Source: Antedon mediterranea
Lineage: Eukaryota; Animalia; Echinodermata
Reading direction: 5' to 3'
DNA: 64,000 nucleotides
Assembly (NCBI RefSeq): GCF_964355755.1
Contig: NC_092671.1
Location: forward strand, 10,292,001 to 10,356,000
Shown: one piece after another, positions 40,001 to 49,381 of the stretch
Numbering within the stretch: the first letter of the stretch is position 1
Layout: the number at the start of each line of letters is the position of its first letter
Notes under the pieces: model-generated
What the model was told of the DNA's origin: nothing
The model's database searches: none
What the model saw: the letters and a program-made list of their open reading frames with translations, nothing else
Program-made: the position numbers and the translations under genes

Positions 40001-43000
40001 TCGTGGGCAGGCGACACAGTAATCTTACAGTTAATCTAACTCTCAACCACACAACAGTAGGACTTTTTTTACCTAGCCCTTCTAGCACACCGTAAAACCC
40101 AGGGATTGTCTAATTAGCAGGCAAACTCTTTTGCTATCCACACTTATTGGCATACTCTTCAAATTGGACAAAATATTGTTTATTATTATTATAGGTACAT
40201 TGCCCCAGTCAACTAAATTGACAAGTACAAAACACCTGGTCTTTATAAGTTTGCCTTCACCTGGTATGGGGGTTGCACTGGTAGCTGTAATCGGGGCACA
40301 CATCGTCTGGGCGGTCATTGCAATGACACGACCCATCGTGTCCATCTCCTTACCCTTAGTTTCTGTTGGAGCAGCCACGGCAGGCGTTGATGGCGCTTTC
40401 TTGACAAAGGATAAGAATAGATGTCTACACAGGTCTTCTGGCATGTCCACATCAAGGTATGTTTCCATAAAAAGCTTGAACCCTTGGTAATCAATGGGCT
40501 AAAATAAATAAATAAAACAATAATATTAGCTGTATGATTGTAGTTGGGATAAGGTGAAGGTCCTATAAGCTGTCTATAAAGCCCTGTGCTGTTCCATGGT
40601 AGTCACTTAACATATTCTTGAATTGAAATGTTATGAGTAGTGTGAATGGGAGAACTGGGAATGAAGATGACTTTCTCAAAGATAATTAATAAACTAGAAG
40701 AGGATCCCATTTTCTTTTGTAATGAATGCTTTTTATGAACATGGAAATGGTGGCTTTTATTGAATTCTTTTAATGCCTCTTTCAAAGGATGAGGCAATCT
40801 TCTAGGAGATCTGGGACTAAAGATAATTAATTAACTGGAAGAGGATCCCATTTTTTTTTTGTATTGAACTCTTTTAACAAACATGGAACCAATGGCTTAA
40901 TGCCTCTTCCAAAGGATGAGGCAATCTTCTAGGAGATCTGGGACTGAAGATAATTAATTAACTGGAAGAGGATCCCATTTTCTTTTGTACCGAACTCTTT
41001 TAACAAAAATGGAACCTAATGGCTTAATGCCTCTTTCAAGGGATGAGGCAATCTTCTAGGACATCTGGGACTGTAGATAAATCACCCAAAGATAATTAAT
41101 AAACTGGAAGAGGACCCCATTTTCTTTTGTATTTAATGCTATTTATGAACATAGAACCAATGACTTAATGCCGCTCTCAAAGGATGAGGCAATAGATCAA
41201 TTGTAGGAGATCTGGAACTGAGAACAAATCCCCAAAAGAAAATTAATAAACTAGAAAAGGATCCCATTTTCTTTGTATTGAATGCTTTTTATGAACATGG
41301 AACCAATAACTTAATGCCTCTTTCAAAGGATGAGGACATTAAATTAAACTATCTTTTCTAATGACCAACAAGATGGTGCAACTCCCTTGCAGACATCTTG
41401 CTCCTGCTTAAAGGATGGGGACATTAAATTAAACTATCTTTTCTAATGACCAACAAAATGGTGCAACTCCCTTGCAGACATCTTGCTCCTGCTTAAAGGA
41501 TGAGGAAATTAAATTAAACTATCTTTTCTAATGACCAACAGGATGGTGCAACTCCCTTGCAGCCATCTTGCTCCTGCTTAAAGGATGAGGACATTAAATT
41601 AAACTATCTTTTCTAATGACCAACAGGATGGTGCAACTCCCTTGCAGCCATCTTGGTCTTGCTTAAAGGATGAGGACATTATAGTAAACTATCTTTTCTA
41701 ATGATCAACAGGATGGTGCAACTCCCTTGAAGCCATCTTGCTCCTGCTTAAAGGATGAGGACATTAAATTAAACTATCTTTTCTAATGACCAACAGGATG
41801 GTGCAACTCCCTTGCAGCCATCTTGGTCTTGCTTAAAGGATGAGGACATTATAGTAAACTATCTTTTGTAATGATCAACAGGATGGTGCAACTCCCTTGC
41901 AGCCATCTTGCTCCTGCTTAAAGTATGAGGACATTAAATTAAACTATCTTTTCTAATGACCAACAAGATGGTTCAACTCCCTTGCAGCCATCTTGCTCTT
42001 GGTTAAAGGATGAGGACATTATAGTAAACTATCTTTTCTAATGATCAACAGGATGGTGCAACTCCCTTGCAGCCATCTTGCTCCTGCTTAAAGGATGAGG
42101 ACATTAAATTAAACTATCTTTTCTAATGACCAACAGGATGGTGCAACTCCCTTGCAGCCATCTTGCTCTTGCTTACAGGATGAGGACATTAAATTAAACT
42201 ATCTTTTTTAATGACCAACAAGATGGTGCAACTCCCTTGCAGCCATCTTGCTCTTGCTTAAAGGATGAAGACATTAAATTAAACTATCTTTTTTAATGAC
42301 CAACAAGATGGTGAAACTCCCTTGCAGCCATCTTGCTCTTGCTTAAAGGATGAGGACATTAAATTAAACTATCTTTTTTAATGACCAACAAGATGGTTCA
42401 ACTCCCTTGCAGCCATCTTGCTATTGCTTAAAGGATGAGGACATTAAATTAAACTATCTTTTTTAATGACCAACAAGATGGTGCAACTCCCTTGCAGCCA
42501 TCTTGCTCCTGCTTAAAGGATGAGGACATTAAATTAAACTATCTTTTCTAATGACCAACAAGATGGTTCAACTCCCTTGCAGCCATCTTGCTCTTGGTTA
42601 AAGGATGAGGACATTATAGTAAACTATCTTTTCTAATGATCAACAGGATGGTTCAACTCCCTTGCAGCCATCTTGCTCTTGGTTAAAGGATGAGGACATT
42701 ATAGTAAACTATCTTTTCTAATGATCAACAGGATGGTGCAACTCCCTTGCAGCCATCTTGCTCCTGCTTAAAGGATGAGGACATTAAATTAAACTATCTT
42801 TTCTAATGACCAACAAGATGGTTCAACTCCCTTGCAGCCATCTTGCTCTTGCTTAAAGGATGAGGACATTATAGTAAACTATTTTTTATAACGACACAAG
42901 ATGGTGCAACTCCCTTGCAGCCATCTTGCTCCTGCTTAAAGGATGAGGACATTAAATTAAACTATTTTTTTTAATGACCAACAAGATGGTTCAACTCCCT

Positions 43001-44850
43001 TGCAGCCATCTTGCTCTTGCTTAAAGGATGAGTACATTAAATTAAACTATATTTTTTAATGACCAACAAGATGGTTCAACTCCCTTGCAGCCATCTTGCT
43101 CTTGCTTAAAGGATGAGGACATTAAATTAAACTATCTTTTCTATTGACCAACAGGATGGTACAACTCCCTTGCAGCCATCTTGCTCTTGCTTAAAGGATG
43201 AGGACATTAAGTTAAACTATCTTTTTTAATGACCAACAAGATGGTTTAACAACTCCCTTGTAGCCATCTTGCTCTTGCTTAAAGGATGAGGACATTAAAT
43301 TAAACTATCTTTTTTAATGACCAACAAGATGGTTCAACAACTCCCTTGTAGCCATCTTGCTCTTGCTTAAAGGATGAGGACATTAAATTAAACTATCTTT
43401 TTTAATGACCAACAAGATGGTTCAACAACTCCCTTGTAGCCATCTTGCTATTGCTTAAAGGATGAGGACATTATAGTAAACTATCTTTCTAAATGACACA
43501 ACAAGATGGTGCAACTCCCTTGCAGCCATTTTACTCTCAGAGTCTTGTGTATGATTTGTAGTTTGAAACATAAGAAGCAAATCACACAGATTTATGGAAA
43601 CAGAAAATCCCATAACCTTTCATCTACAAGAAACGTCAGACAAGTTGATAAAACATGACAAATGTAAATCGTAAAAAGGTTTGTTTTTTGTTACCAAAGG
43701 TCAATATATCAGTAGCATACCATAAAATCAAAAAGAAATGCTAATGACATAAAGATATACGAATTCTTAAGACATACTGTAATGAGTCACCAAGTGTTTT
43801 CCTGATTTTACAATTACATAAGTACACAAATATTAATGACTTGTGTATATATTGTGCACTTAATTTTTGGGTGGAAAATGTCAAATATCCATCATACTGG
43901 GTATCATTACGGAAGTGGATGAATTGTTGTCAATAATGGATGCTATTCCAATCACATTATAGACTTTCTCTAAATAGTTTATTTTTAAATTACAAATATA
44001 ACAATTTGATATATAATAAATGACCTTTATTATTAAGCATTGTCCACCACTGCTTCTCAAGATTGGATTTCATTAAATTTAATTATTTTCACTGAATATA
44101 TATTCTTTGAGAGCCATTTTAGCTTTCAATCGAAGGCCATTATTTATTGTGTTGAAAGTACAATTAAATTGCTATTATCATTTATTGAAATGATATATAT
44201 GGCACACTAATAATCTATTATATCTTCATTGTCACTCCTTGTATAGTTTAACTGTTCAAAGCTAGATATGGTCAGCTTGCAGCTTCAATATAGCTCCTTA
44301 TCCTGTATCCCCTTTAATACATTCTCTATAATTACCTCTTAAAAAATATGTAGCAAAACATATGTTAGATGTACATGACTTGATGCTACATTACATTACA
44401 TTTTCCCTATTTGAATAATTAGCAATAGATAAATAGCCTGAAAGGGAATCTCTTGGAAATTTATTTTCTTGAACTAGTCCGTTTCCCACAAAATTATATT
44501 AGGTAGTAAATAGTACTGTATTTATTGTATCCATAAACACCTGAACAAGGATCTATGGTTTATGTTTATATAAAAGACATTTTCATGCACCATTGAAATA
44601 TAATTAATATTAAAAAAACAACTTAAAATCATAATTAATTTTAAAGATGTATTGTTAATAAAAAGACAAAATAAACGGGTAAATTTTCATTTGGACTTCC
44701 AATTGACTATTTAAGGCTAGTAAAAAATCAAGCAATTTGCATATAACTTTTACTATTTTACTTGGTAACTAACCTGTTCTGGGTTGTACTTCGACAAAGC
44801 CCCATCCCCGTTGAATTCTTCCAGTACATCTTTCAGTGTCTTATGAGAAT
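6888..44850 (-). CDS. DGKB: Type I diacylglycerol kinase (DGK-beta-like), spliced, partial at both ends; 19 core exons
   Basis: Hand-joined GT-AG exons with consistent phases give one open frame with the DGK N-terminus ([24 protein letters not shown]), EF-hands ([24 protein letters not shown]), two C1 domains, catalytic motifs [16 protein letters not shown] and [11 protein letters not shown], and accessory motifs NNYFSIG and PMQIDGEPW. The symbol denotes the closest vertebrate paralog; the gene is probably co-orthologous to DGKA/B/G. Confidence 0.96.
7494..7713 (-). CDS. DGKB: DGK exon: [33 protein letters not shown]...VDLLSAEQ
   Basis: 220 nt, aaatag acceptor, T|gtaagt donor, phase 0 to 1. 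Confidence 0.94.
8802..9405 (+). repeat. Purine-rich degenerate microsatellite (GGAAG/GGAAT/GGATAGG units)
   Basis: About 600 bp almost entirely G/A on the plus strand, built from ggaaggaatggata-type units. Confidence 0.9.
9492..9647 (-). CDS. DGKB: DGK exon: [52 protein letters not shown]
   Basis: 156 nt, ttaatag acceptor, gtaaga donor, phase 0 to 0; accessory domain. Confidence 0.96.
9932..10092 (-). CDS. DGKB: DGK exon: (G)[24 protein letters not shown]...[10 protein letters not shown]
   Basis: 161 nt, ttgatag acceptor, gtaagt donor, phase 1 to 0. Confidence 0.95.
11043..11132 (-). CDS. DGKB: DGK exon: (D)[29 protein letters not shown]
   Basis: 90 nt, ttttacag acceptor, gtgaga donor, phase 1 to 1. 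Confidence 0.96.
12315..12400 (-). CDS. DGKB: DGK exon: [31 protein letters not shown]-binding GGDG
   Basis: 86 nt, tttctag acceptor, gtaagt donor, phase 2 to 1. Confidence 0.96.
14592..14922 (+). mobile_element. 5'-truncated L2/CR1-group LINE 3' end
   Basis: Translates [32 protein letters not shown] then, frameshifted, FKKKLNIHL, the typical ORF2 C-terminus (FSVxGPxxWNxLP...FKKxL); followed by a T-rich 3'UTR and an (AAAT)n tail. Confidence 0.8.
14953..15101 (-). CDS. DGKB: DGK exon: [50 protein letters not shown], catalytic domain start
   Basis: 149 nt, T-rich tract then gtgaag acceptor, gtaagt donor, phase 0 to 2. Confidence 0.95.
15897..16245 (+). mobile_element. Helentron-associated (HINE-like) non-autonomous element
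   Basis: CpG-rich block in an A-rich site, repeated actcggg(g)ta motif near both ends, internal GA-rich stretch, and a 3' hairpin ACTcGGG-tat-CCCaAGT followed by AAAAA. Confidence 0.5.
16593..16703 (-). CDS. DGKB: DGK exon: [37 protein letters not shown]
   Basis: 111 nt, ttttacag acceptor, gtaagt donor, phase 0 to 0; conserved VDGQGLQ end. Confidence 0.92.
18364..18423 (-). CDS. DGKB: Candidate 60-nt exon [20 protein letters not shown] between C1b and the catalytic domain
   Basis: ctattttcatag acceptor, GAG|gtaaat donor, 20 open codons, phase 0 to 0. Confidence 0.6.
18594..18746. mobile_element. MITE family A copy (opposite orientation, right end truncated)
   Basis: gtctacactatcaaa...gtgtgatgtgtccaaatatggtagtgatatg...tttgatagtgta matches 5941-6101. 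Confidence 0.75.
19101..19199 (-). CDS. DGKB: DGK exon: [34 protein letters not shown]1b second half
   Basis: 99 nt, ctttcag acceptor, gtaagc donor, phase 0 to 0; conserved HILPP motif. Confidence 0.95.
19415..19720. repeat. ~47-bp minisatellite (6-7 copies)
   Basis: attaaagggacact...ccatgaaatgaatttgggggcaatcacc recurs at about 19430, 19477, 19524, 19571, 19615 and 19662. Confidence 0.85.
19776..19895 (-). CDS. DGKB: DGK exon: [41 protein letters not shown]1b first half
   Basis: 120 nt, ttatcag acceptor, gtaagt donor, phase 0 to 0. Confidence 0.95.
20877..21025. mobile_element. Palindromic MITE (Harbinger-like), family B
   Basis: TIRs ggcgtggttcccact / agtgggaaccaagct plus internal inverted acgcaa/ttgcgt and ttgaccaat/attggtcaa; a right-end remnant also lies at about 31768-31797. 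Confidence 0.75.
22007..22042 (-). CDS. DGKB: Candidate 36-nt cassette exon [12 protein letters not shown] in the C1a-C1b linker
   Basis: Pyrimidine-rich tract ending cccttag, TCG|gtaggt donor, 12 open codons, phase 0 to 0 matching the flanking exons; GC-richer than the surrounding intron. Confidence 0.65.
23530..23746 (+). mobile_element. Probable LINE 3'UTR remnant
   Basis: T-rich body, stem-loop ggtcttgca...tgcaagatc, and a repeated aaatgttgaat tail. Confidence 0.4.
24181..24272 (-). CDS. DGKB: DGK exon: (F)[31 protein letters not shown]1a second half
   Basis: 92 nt, tttttcag acceptor, gtaagt donor, phase 1 to 0. Confidence 0.95.
24485..24950. mobile_element. Harbinger-like MITE with TAA TSD, containing a pogo/Tc1-like end fragment
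   Basis: About 33-bp TIRs ggcctaaaaaaaaaaattgtttgtttgctgtca / tgacagcaaacaaactattattttttttgggcc, flanked by TAA on both sides; internal gtataagacgcacc...gtgcgattatacaccgaaatatacg. Confidence 0.7.
27029..27146 (-). CDS. DGKB: DGK exon: [40 protein letters not shown]1a first half
   Basis: 118 nt, ttctag acceptor, gtgagt donor, phase 0 to 1. Confidence 0.95.
28042..28161 (-). CDS. DGKB: DGK exon: [42 protein letters not shown]-hand 2
   Basis: 120 nt, ttacag acceptor, gtaagt donor, phase 0 to 0. Confidence 0.95.
28765..28839 (-). CDS. DGKB: DGK exon: [25 protein letters not shown]
   Basis: 75 nt, catcag acceptor, gtatga donor, phase 0 to 0; conserved [18 protein letters not shown]. Confidence 0.95.
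28997..29046 (-). CDS. DGKB: DGK exon: (F)[18 protein letters not shown]-hand 1
   Basis: 50 nt, ttttcag acceptor, gtaaga donor, phase 1 to 0; canonical EF loop. Confidence 0.95.
30561..30700 (-). mobile_element. LINE (L2/CR1-group) 3' tail with a (GATT)6 microsatellite end
   Basis: (gatt)6 followed by tttatt (poly(A) signal on the minus strand) and a 3' stem region aggataaccaca...tgtggcaccct; 5' extent uncertain. Confidence 0.5.
31000..31700. repeat. ~84-bp minisatellite (5 full units) interrupted by a retro-insertion
   Basis: ggccaacccctattcagggtatatcctaaataagggacactatcccatgaaataaacaagggacaatatatgttgtaacac starts at 31024, 31111, 31445, 31529 and 31612. Confidence 0.9.
31181..31414 (-). 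mobile_element. Truncated LINE 3' end with (TTCAA)4 tail and ~17-bp target duplication
   Basis: (ttcaa)4 then ttttatt; aaacaagggacaatata (31164-31180) is repeated as aaacaaggaacaatata (31415-31431). Confidence 0.7.
31935..32153 (-). CDS. DGKB: DGK exon: [18 protein letters not shown]...[23 protein letters not shown]
   Basis: 219 nt, cttttag acceptor, T|gtaggt donor, phase 1 to 1; conserved [20 protein letters not shown]. Confidence 0.92.
32626..32748. mobile_element. MITE family A copy (degenerate)
   Basis: agctgtctacactatcaact ... aaagtttgatagtgacggacagagt. Confidence 0.7.
32893..33033 (-). CDS. DGKB: DGK exon: Ser-rich linker (G)[17 protein letters not shown]...DTDKK
   Basis: 141 nt, ttaaag acceptor, A|gtaagc donor, phase 1 to 1, open in the required frame; low complexity, so no motif support. 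Confidence 0.75.
35853..35930. repeat. 78-bp near-perfect palindrome
   Basis: 35-bp perfect arms around c-AGATCT-a; one mismatch in total. Confidence 0.95.
40261..40498 (-). CDS. DGKB: DGK exon: [34 protein letters not shown]...[18 protein letters not shown]
   Basis: 238 nt, ttttag acceptor, CAG|gtgaag donor, phase 0 to 1; conserved IDxxGFKLFMxTxL motif. An alternative in-frame donor ends the exon at 40354. Confidence 0.88.
40655..41330. repeat. ~120-145-bp tandem repeat (5 copies)
   Basis: aagataattaataaactggaagaggatcccattttcttttgta...aatgcctctttcaaaggatgaggcaatcttctaggagatctgggact recurs five times. Confidence 0.9.
41321..43530. repeat. 85-bp minisatellite, ~26 copies, each with an internal stem-loop
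   Basis: Unit gcttaaaggatgaggacattaaattaaactatcttttctaatgaccaacaagatggtgcaactcccttgcagccatcttgctcct; period 85 measured at 41576, 41661 and 41746. Confidence 0.97.
44774..44850 (-). CDS. DGKB: DGK exon: (Y)[25 protein letters not shown], recoverin-homology N-terminus
   Basis: 77 nt, tttttag acceptor, CAG|gttagt donor, phase 1 to 0; resembles DGK-beta [25 protein letters not shown]. Confidence 0.93.
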
Positions 44851-44987
44851 CTAAAAAGATAAAATAAAATTATTTAAAATATTTAAATGGATACTTTTAC
44901 CAAAAAGAGGAATCACACACTTGGACTCTTGAATGCAACCTGATCTTGTAATAAAAGTAACTTCTTTCCAAAATTAAAACAATATTA

Positions 44988-45117
44988 CAATTGAATCTCC
45001 AGTAAGCGGCCACCCTCGGGACCGGGAAAAGATAGGAAGAACAAACAGGCTTTTAAAATGCAGCCGTTAAGGGAGATGGCTGCTTACGGGAGTTGGCCGC
45101 TCACGGAGGTTCAACTG
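44988..45117. mobile_element. Tc1/mariner-like MITE with TA TSD
   Basis: TA|caattgaatctccagtaagcggcca ... tggccgctcacggaggttcaactg|TA. Confidence 0.7.
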
Positions 45118-48100
45118 TAACATATTGTACATGATAAAAAACGCATGTTATGAATTACTATTACTAAGTCCCAGACTTATTTATGTATTTATTGCTTTTT
45201 TATTTACATACTTATTGTATTACATATGTTTTCACAGACCAGATACTGTATCCGCTAATCTGTATCGTTAACACAAAAAAATGGACTACTATGTTGTGTA
45301 AACGAGAAACTTTATGGGACAGGCTATGTGAATAAAAATGAATATAAAAAAAATAAAAGAGAATGAACCAAGAGTGTGTACTATAAAAAGCAATGTACTT
45401 TAAAGTGAACTATATTGTTATGTACAATTACCACATAGCATATCTATTCTAACTTGATGTCATTACATCGCTTACAAAGCATCTTTGATATTAAAACATT
45501 TTTATGACTCTACTCAAAAGAAAGAAATTATCCCTACAAGGTATTCTATAATTGTTTATGGTTTAGTATCTCTCGTTTGATTTGATAAAAACATGTTTAA
45601 TACATTGGATAAAATGACAAATGACATCTTTGTTTTACAGGAAAAGCCCTTCATTTTCCAAGCCCTAATATAAATCTTTGTGAATTCTAACCTTCCCTAT
45701 TTTAACTATTTTGATAAAATGAATACATCAATCATTAATTGTGAATGTTTTTTGTTTTTGCATTCCTTAATATTATCAAAAACTTACACAGTGATGAAAT
45801 AAAGAGAAGCCTAGTTTAGTTTAAACTGAATTGGATCACAAAATTTGTTATAAAATGAACTATAAAATAGTAGGCTGTTGAAACAAGATAATAAGGTGCA
45901 ATAGATAACGATAAAATGCGATATAAAATGTATTCTATATGGCATTAATAACAATATTGTACACATTTTGTGTATCATTACTAATGACATAAGATTCCTT
46001 ATACTGAATTATGTCATAAAAATAGCAGTAAAGAATGAGGATAAAGTTTCAAATGTAACTTTATTTTATGACTAACATCATCATTATTATATAATATAAC
46101 GATGATGTGATTATGTCATACAGTTTGATGAACCTATCATCAATACTGACTTCGAGCTTGCCTTCAAACAATTTTTTTTTACAAAATACAACATTTTCAA
46201 TCTATGGTATCTTAAAATAAATATTTCACAGTTTAAATTCAGTGAAGCGAGTTACTTTACTAGGAAAGACACGTTTCAGTAAGGACTTACTGGAGTGAAA
46301 TTGATAAATGATCTACACGTAATTCACAACTGGCATGGTAGAACATTACTAAAACATTTATATGTGACAGGTACTGTACCATGTGCACATTGTCAGTAAC
46401 ACACATCAGGTGATGTCATTGTAGGTCAAATGTCATTGTAGGTGTCAAATGTGATGACATAAATTCTCAGCTTCTGTTCTTTGATTTCCTTCTCTAGTCA
46501 TGTCACACCTATTCCTAATTTGTACTGTAGCTTTACTTAATTTAGTAATCATTTATGGATAATTTTACATATTTAGTCTGTTTATTCACCATTAATATCT
46601 ATGACTATTTACTCATGATTGTACAGGTAAAGTGAGGATCATTGGGGTTAGGAAACTACAGAAACATGATTCAAAGTTTTCTAGGATATAGCTACAGTAC
46701 TACCAATAAAAATGAATATGGCCAGCCTAAAAGCAATTGTAATATTTATGTTTATTAATTTTACAGTTTGAAGTAAAATTTACTATCAAGAATGTGAACT
46801 TACAAAAGCTCCGATTATTTTGAGATCATGTGAAGGATTCTAAATCTACGATTAAGCTTTAGGGATGAAAACCACATTTTTTTTTCTATCACGTTTACAC
46901 GCGGCATGACAGCCAGCATTGTACATCCTGTTACATCAGATCATTATCTATAATACTGCAAACACTAATACTGGTACAGTATTTATGCATTTAACTGACA
47001 ATATACAATAGTTATGACTACTATTGTACAAAACATGAATTAAGGAATCAACTATGAATCAATCTGTATGAACAATAAAAGGCTAAATGGAAAAAATGTC
47101 ATGTACAGGGTTTGAATATTTTTTTAATTTATGCAGGGCTAAAATTGTACTGTGACGATGACTACATTAGATTAGAAAAAGTGTTCAAAACAGCTTTTAG
47201 GATCATTGGTTAAAAGATAAACATGTTGGTACACACCGGTGTATGAATAATCAGAAAATCAAAACGCTGACTGGAAAAAAAAGACAAAACTAGAGACTTG
47301 GTGCAAGTCTAATCGACCCCTATTCAGCGGACATGTGACACCACTATTAGTTAATAGAGGTTCTATCTACTGTATATTTTAAGACAAACCACTAAAAGTG
47401 CTATCAAACCAAACAATACAAGGCTCTAGAATGTATTTATGGAAATTTATAATATACCTTGATTCATGCATATAGCAATAGCCTATACATGTTTAAAGAT
47501 TTCTGTTATGATAGCTATTGAAACTACCCCAACTCAGAACTTGGCATAGTTGCAATATGCAATATAGTTTGCGTGTAATGTACATACAGACTCTATTATA
47601 TTAAAACTATTTTTATATCTATTTATAGTTTTCAACATACTACAATAACATATTTTCCAAAGTACTTTACGAAATTGCAAGATTAAAAAGCATAACATAA
47701 AAGCTATGTAAATTCATAACGATGAATGAATATCCTTTATTTGAATGTGGGACAATTATTCATCCTATTTGGCATGTTGAAATCTCACCTCCAATGTCAT
47801 TTAGGCCTTCAATAAGTTTTAACACCAATCTAATAGTCATTATAATCTTATATAGATTTTTATCCATCGTTAAATTGTACAGATGTTTATCAACTCCTCA
47901 TTAGGTCTACTTCAAACAAATATTCATTTATTTCTCATTAAACGTCCTAAAGAACTTTATCAATTTTTCATTAAGGATTTAAGGAGACATTTCATTTAAA
48001 GTAACAAGTACTGCAAAGAATAATGAAACATTAGTAAAAATAGATAGTTTTTTTGTCAGTTAAAAGAACAACAATTGTGGAAAAATATATCTATTTGTTT

Positions 48101-49251
48101 TATTTATCTTTTCTTTACACTGCAAAAACGTACGCAAGTTTATGTACTGTATGTAGCATTATGTGCAGAATACCAAGTTACAATGGTTTGGATACAGTAT
48201 ATTGAAAGGATGAAGGAGGATAACTTGATTAAGAGTAGAAGAATGGAATGAAGAGAGAGGTACAGCACACAAGATGACCTTAAGGCAATGGTTTAAGACA
48301 AGAGAAGACCCAAAACACTAAGGTTGGAGATATGCCATCAAAATGTAGAAAAGTCTAAACAAAACATACTTCAGCATAAAAAACCTTATAAAATGTAGTA
48401 CTGTATTAAATGTAGTACTGTATTAATAGTAGTATTATGATTGATGTACTGAATAGTATTAGTATGTTGGATGAATGGTAGGAGAGGGTAATCCATTCTA
48501 TATTTTATTACTATTATTATGAATTACTTCTACTACCCAGTCTGATGTATTATTTCAAAGATTTCCTGTACAGAGTGCAATTTTATACAATACTACAATT
48601 CTAATAATCCTAAAGTTTATTTGATTGAAAAAATACTTATAAACAGTTTATAAAAAAAGCTGATTTCTACAGTAGGCTCTAATTAGACATGGAATATTGC
48701 TAGTTTCACATATTTATAAAGGTTTTACCTTGTGTTTATTAGTAGAGGTATTTTGCACATACTTACTGTACGTGCAGGGCAACCCAAGGTTCTCTTTTGA
48801 TAGAAAGTTATTCTGACGTAATTCCAGTGCAGCGTGTCATTGTACAATACCTCCAGTCTGTCATCATTTACAAAATGGAATAATACAAACAAATCGTTGC
48901 ACTGTGGAATTTGTTTCAGTTGAAATCACACTTATCTACATCTAAATCTCGATTGAAAATATAAGTTAAACTTTGTACAGGAATATTTATAAATGTATCA
49001 AGAAATAATATTATAAAATCTATGATAATCTCGTTCTTTTTTACATACGTTTTAAATAAATGTTGGTTTAGTATTCAATAATTTACAGTACTTGAAGAAG
49101 ATAACTCCTTATTAAGTATAATTTTGTGCTAATTAGACATACAACTTATTAAGTTTTGACATGCACATCGTATCTCCAAATGGAACATAACGATTGTTGT
49201 AACCAAATAAGCAACTTGAATAAATCAAATAATTGATTATGTTATACTAAC

Positions 49252-49381
49252 CCAAATGAACAGTCTTTACAACATCGCTGACCTGACTGCCTAAGGTCAT
49301 GACAAGTGCGCTCATGCATGGCACAAACAGTGGTTTCACTATAGAACCATCCTTCTCCATCATTTCTGCTAGTTTTGACAT
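49252..49381 (-). CDS. Candidate alternative first coding exon MSKLAEMMEKDGSIVKPLFVPCMSALVMTLGSQVSDVVKTVHL
   Basis: AAA-ATG context, upstream in-frame stop, 43 codons + 1 nt, G|gttagt donor; phase 1 joins exon 44774-44850 in frame. No homology recognised. Confidence 0.4.

Noticed and set aside
40131-40490. 119-aa hydrophobic plus-strand ORF
   Set aside because: Antisense shadow of DGK exon 40261-40498; the same applies to 7403-7639, 27962-28204 and 32851-33039.
41321-43530. CRISPR-like array (palindromic repeats at regular spacing)
   Set aside because: The intervening sequences are near-identical rather than unique spacers, there are no cas genes, and the context is a eukaryotic intron.
41321-43530. 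Hammerhead retrozyme array (GATGAGGAC resembles CTGATGAG)
   Set aside because: No CTGANGA core and no correctly placed GAAA on either strand.
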